Origin: Bacilli bacterium
Lineage (GTDB): Bacteria > Bacillota_I > Bacilli_A > RF39 > UBA660
DNA: 59,292 bases
Assembly (NCBI GenBank): GCA_036649735.1
Contig: JAVWBB010000001.1
Span: 1 to 59,292, forward strand
Direction of reading: 5' to 3'
The notes beneath the pieces are model-generated. The model had not been told where the DNA came from and ran no database searches. It saw only the letters and a program-made list of their open reading frames with translations. A program made the translations under genes and the position numbers. This document shows positions 56,386 to 59,292 of the stretch, piece by piece; the stretch's first letter is position 1, and every line of letters begins with the position of its first letter.

Positions 56386-58863
56386 ATGAATGATGATGTA
56401 ATTAGAAATGATCGTTTAGCAGATAGAGAAATAACTAAAGAAATTGAAGAATCTTTCTTAGATTATTCAATGTCAGTTATTGTTGCTCGTGCTTTACCCG
56501 ATGTACGTGATGGATTAAAACCAGTTCATCGTAGAATAATTTATGCGATGAATCAATTAGGAATTTATCCTAGTGTTAAATATTTAAAATCAGCAAAAAT
56601 AGTTGGTGAAGTAATGGGAGATTTCCATCCTCATGGTGATGCTAGTATATATGATACAATTGTTAGGATGGCACAAAAATTTACGTATAGGTATTTAATG
56701 GTTGATGGACATGGTAACTTTGGTTCAATAGATGGTGATGGTGCAGCAGCTTCTCGTTATACAGAAGCAAGAATGAGTAAATTATCAATGGAAATGGTTA
56801 GAGATATTAATAAAGATACGGTAAACTTTGTTGATAACTACGATGGGCGTGTTAAAGAACCAGAAATTTTACCTTCTCGTTTTCCTAATATTATAGTAAA
56901 TGGAACCTCAGGAATTGCTGTAGGAATGGCTACAAATATTCCCCCACATAATTTAGGAGAAGTAATTGATGGAACAGTGGCATTTATTGATAATCCTGAA
57001 TTAACCAATTTAGAAATGATGCAATATATTAAAGGGCCAGATTTTCCTACTGGTGCTACTATATTAGGAAATTCTTCTATTAAAAGAGCTTATGAAACTG
57101 GTAGGGGAATAATTACAATTAGGTCAAAATGTGAAATAAAAGAAAATAAAAATGGAAAACACGAAATAATTGTAAGTGAAATACCATATCAAGTAAATAA
57201 ATCAGTTTTAATACAAAAAATCGCTGATTTAGTTAAAGATAAGATAGTTGATGGAATTTCTGATTTAAGAGATGAATCAAACAAAGGTATTATAAGAATT
57301 GTTATTGAAGTTAAAAAAGAAGCAAATGCTAATGTAATTTTAAATAATTTGTTTAAACACACACAGTTACAAGCATCTTATGGTATAAATTTATTAGCGC
57401 TTGTAAATGGCGAACCTAAAACACTAAGTTTAACTGAAATTTTGGGGCATTACATTAATCATCAAAAGGAAGTTATTATTAGAAGAACTAAATTTGATTT
57501 AAATAAGGCGGAAAATAGAGCTCATATTTTAGAAGGATTAAAAATTGCTTTAGATAATATTGATGCCGTTATTAAATTATTACGAGCTTCTAAGACTGAT
57601 GCCGAAGCAAAAATTGGTTTGGCAAATAACTTTAATTTATCAGATATTCAAGCAGAAGCTATTTTGGAAATGAAACTAAGAAAATTAACAGGCTTAGAAA
57701 AAGAAAAAGTAGAAGCTGAATTAAGAGATATTTTAATATTTATTGATAGTATGAAGGAAATATTGGCAAGTGATGAAAAAGTATTAGAAATAATTAAAAA
57801 AGAATTATTAGAAATTAAAGATAAATATGGTGATGAAAGAAGAACAGAGATCGATATGACAAGTATAGAGTATATAGAAGATGAATCTTTGATACCTGTT
57901 GAAGATATTATAGTCACTTTAACTAATAAAGGATATATAAAGAGAATTTTAATTGATACTTATAGAAGTCAAAGAAGAGGCGGCGTTGGAGTTAAAGGAA
58001 TGACTACTAATGAGGAAGACTTTGCGGAGCATTTAATTTCTATGAGAACACATGATTATATTCTATTCTTCTCAAATAAAGGGAAAGTGTACCGATTAAA
58101 AGGTTATGAAATTCCTTTGTTTGCTAGACAATCTAAGGGTTTACCAATAATTAATTTGTTACCACTTGAAAAAGATGAGGCCATTAATTCTGTAATTAGA
58201 GTTAATACCGAATTGGAAGAAAATAAATATTTAGTATTCTTCACAAAAAAGGGACTAATTAAAAAGACTGAATTAAGTGAGTTTGATAGTATTAGAAATG
58301 GTGGTAAGATTGCAATTAAATTAAAAGATGATGATGAACTTATAACTGTTAAGAAATCAGATGGAAATCACGAGATATTAATTGGTTCATCAAATGGTCG
58401 AATGGTTCGATTTTTAGAAAAAGAAGCAAGGCCATTAAGCAGGAATGCTTCTGGATTAAAGGGTATTAATGTTGGCGAAGGCTATGTAGTTGGTGCTGAG
58501 GTAATAAATGAAGACCAACAAATATTAATAGTTACTGAGCTAGGATTTGGCAAACGAACGAATGTTCGTGAGTATAGGCTAACTCATAGAGGCAGTAAGG
58601 GTGTAGCAGCATTAAAGATAACAGAAAAGAATGGTAATCTTGTTGCTATTAAAGCTGTTGAAGGAATCGAGGAAGATTTAATGATAATTACCGATAGTGG
58701 AATAATTATTAGAATGCCAATGGAACAGGTTGCTAATATAGGAAGAAATACACAAGGATCAAGATTAATTAATCTAAAAGATAATCAAAAGGTAGCAACT
58801 GTTGCAAAAATTAAAAAACAAGAAGAAGAAGAAATTGTAGAAGATAGTGAAGAAGACATTTAA
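56386..58863 (+). CDS. gyrA: DNA gyrase subunit A
   Basis: QRDR-type GDFHPHGDASIYDT, active-site region AAASRYTEARM, and C-terminal beta-pinwheel repeats. Confidence 0.97.
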   Translation: MNDDVIRNDRLADREITKEIEESFLDYSMSVIVARALPDVRDGLKPVHRRIIYAMNQLGIYPSVKYLKSAKIVGEVMGDFHPHGDASIYDTIVRMAQKFTYRYLMVDGHGNFGSIDGDGAAASRYTEARMSKLSMEMVRDINKDTVNFVDNYDGRVKEPEILPSRFPNIIVNGTSGIAVGMATNIPPHNLGEVIDGTVAFIDNPELTNLEMMQYIKGPDFPTGATILGNSSIKRAYETGRGIITIRSKCEIKENKNGKHEIIVSEIPYQVNKSVLIQKIADLVKDKIVDGISDLRDESNKGIIRIVIEVKKEANANVILNNLFKHTQLQASYGINLLALVNGEPKTLSLTEILGHYINHQKEVIIRRTKFDLNKAENRAHILEGLKIALDNIDAVIKLLRASKTDAEAKIGLANNFNLSDIQAEAILEMKLRKLTGLEKEKVEAELRDILIFIDSMKEILASDEKVLEIIKKELLEIKDKYGDERRTEIDMTSIEYIEDESLIPVEDIIVTLTNKGYIKRILIDTYRSQRRGGVGVKGMTTNEEDFAEHLISMRTHDYILFFSNKGKVYRLKGYEIPLFARQSKGLPIINLLPLEKDEAINSVIRVNTELEENKYLVFFTKKGLIKKTELSEFDSIRNGGKIAIKLKDDDELITVKKSDGNHEILIGSSNGRMVRFLEKEARPLSRNASGLKGINVGEGYVVGAEVINEDQQILIVTELGFGKRTNVREYRLTHRGSKGVAALKITEKNGNLVAIKAVEGIEEDLMIITDSGIIIRMPMEQVANIGRNTQGSRLINLKDNQKVATVAKIKKQEEEEIVEDSEEDI

Positions 58864-58878
58864 AATGTCTTTTTTTTT
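58853..58878 (+). terminator. Rho-independent terminator after gyrA
   Basis: AAGACAT-TTAAA-ATGTCTT followed by TTTTTTT. Confidence 0.65.
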
Positions 58879-58908
58879 GCTAAAAATTTATATTAAAAAT
58901 CTGTTCAA

Positions 58909-58924
58909 TGTTTCACGTGAAACA
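58909..58924. promoter_or_regulatory. parS site (perfect palindrome TGTTTCACGTGAAACA), copy 1
   Basis: Matches the Bacillus-type parS consensus TGTTNCACGTGAAACA. Confidence 0.85.
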
Positions 58925-58944
58925 TAGTAAATGAGGTAACAAAT

Positions 58945-58960
58945 TATTTCCCGGGAAATA
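58945..58960. promoter_or_regulatory. Noc-binding site (NBS) TATTTCCCGGGAAATA, copy 1 (inside the 20-bp palindrome 58943-58962)
   Basis: Contains the B. subtilis NBS core ATTTCCCGGGAAAT exactly. Confidence 0.8.
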
Positions 58961-59028
58961 ATCAAGAGTATAAAACTACAATATAATCTTTAAAATCCCT
59001 ATATATTATAAAGGAAAACACCGTCCAA

Positions 59029-59044
59029 TGTTTCACGTGAAACA
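59029..59044. promoter_or_regulatory. parS site, copy 2
   Basis: Identical 16-mer. Confidence 0.85.
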
Positions 59045-59064
59045 TAGTAAATGATATAACAAAT

Positions 59065-59080
59065 TATTTTTTGGGAAATA
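59065..59080. promoter_or_regulatory. Degenerate NBS (TATTTTTTGGGAAATA), copy 2
   Basis: The left half-site is mutated (CCC to TTT), so palindromy is lost. Confidence 0.5.
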
Positions 59081-59148
59081 ATAGATGGTATAAAACTATA
59101 ATAGAATCTTTAAAATCCCTATATATTATAAAGAAAAACACTGTCCAA

Positions 59149-59164
59149 TGTTTCACGTGAAACA
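59149..59164. promoter_or_regulatory. parS site, copy 3
   Basis: Identical 16-mer. Confidence 0.85.
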
Positions 59165-59184
59165 TAGTAAATGCTGTAATAAAT

Positions 59185-59200
59185 TATTTCCCGGGAAATA
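59185..59200. promoter_or_regulatory. NBS TATTTCCCGGGAAATA, copy 3
   Basis: Identical to copy 1. Confidence 0.8.
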
Positions 59201-59268
59201 ATAGAGGGTATAAAACTATAATAGAATCTTTAAAATTCCTATATATTATAAAGAAAAACACTGTCCAA

Positions 59269-59284
59269 TGTTTCACGTGAAACA
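59269..59284. promoter_or_regulatory. parS site, copy 4 (the array continues beyond the window)
   Basis: Identical 16-mer, 8 nt from the window end. Confidence 0.85.
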
Positions 59285-59292
59285 TAGTAAAT

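Larger units (their letters stand above)
58899..59292. repeat. Tandem array of 120-bp units (at least 3.3 copies, truncated by the window end), each with a parS and a Noc-binding palindrome
   Basis: The 16-mer TGTTTCACGTGAAACA recurs at exactly 120-bp spacing (58909, 59029, 59149, 59269). The intervening sequence is also conserved with a few substitutions. Confidence 0.95.

Noticed and set aside
58899-59292. Regularly spaced palindromic repeats could be a CRISPR array
   Set aside because: The whole 120-bp unit is conserved, not just a 25-40-bp repeat separated by unique spacers. No cas genes are nearby. The palindromes match parS and NBS exactly.
1-59292. Mollicutes-type genetic code (UGA = Trp), suggested by the extreme AT content and rpoE/gidA-type gene order
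   Set aside because: All conserved genes are full-length under the standard code, Trp is encoded by TGG in conserved positions, and TGA is used as a stop (for example the ATGA overlap at 10352-10355).

Overview
Very AT-rich, low-GC Bacillota-type chromosome segment (standard genetic code, Bacilli/Erysipelotrichia-like gene order) spanning the replication origin. About 22.5-59 kb is a conserved origin-proximal housekeeping block. It runs rpoE, argS, a class A PBP, pduL, gerQ-like, lemA, ung, rlmH, MBL hydrolase, M23 peptidase, dnaB, rplI, DHH phosphoesterase, rpsR-ssb-rpsF, ychF, abgT, DUF951, mscS, parB, parA, noc, rsmG, mnmG, mnmE, jag, yidC, rnpA, rpmH, then a bipartite oriC around dnaA, then dnaN, comK-like, recF, gyrB and gyrA. 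Two things stand out. (1) 0.65-22.1 kb is a densely packed, almost entirely minus-strand accessory locus. It encodes three SipW-type (Ser/His, ER-type) signal peptidase homologues: one canonical, one fused to a long C-terminal domain, one apparently degenerate. It also encodes about eight small secreted proteins with TasA/camelysin-style SipW-type signal peptides and a 2,533-aa beta-helix surface protein. Translationally coupled in the middle of the operon sit a membrane-anchored McrB-type AAA+ NTPase, a McrC/DUF2357-like partner with no recognisable nuclease core, and an unknown 368-aa protein. I consider this the best candidate for an undescribed system: a surface-fibre/matrix machine with a co-opted McrBC-like motor, or a defence module nested in it. 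(2) Downstream of gyrA a 120-bp tandem repeat array runs off the window edge. Each unit carries a perfect 16-bp parS (TGTTTCACGTGAAACA) and a perfect Noc-binding site (TATTTCCCGGGAAATA), and the window encodes both ParB and an atypical Noc. All functional calls come from motif recognition by eye; no searches were run.
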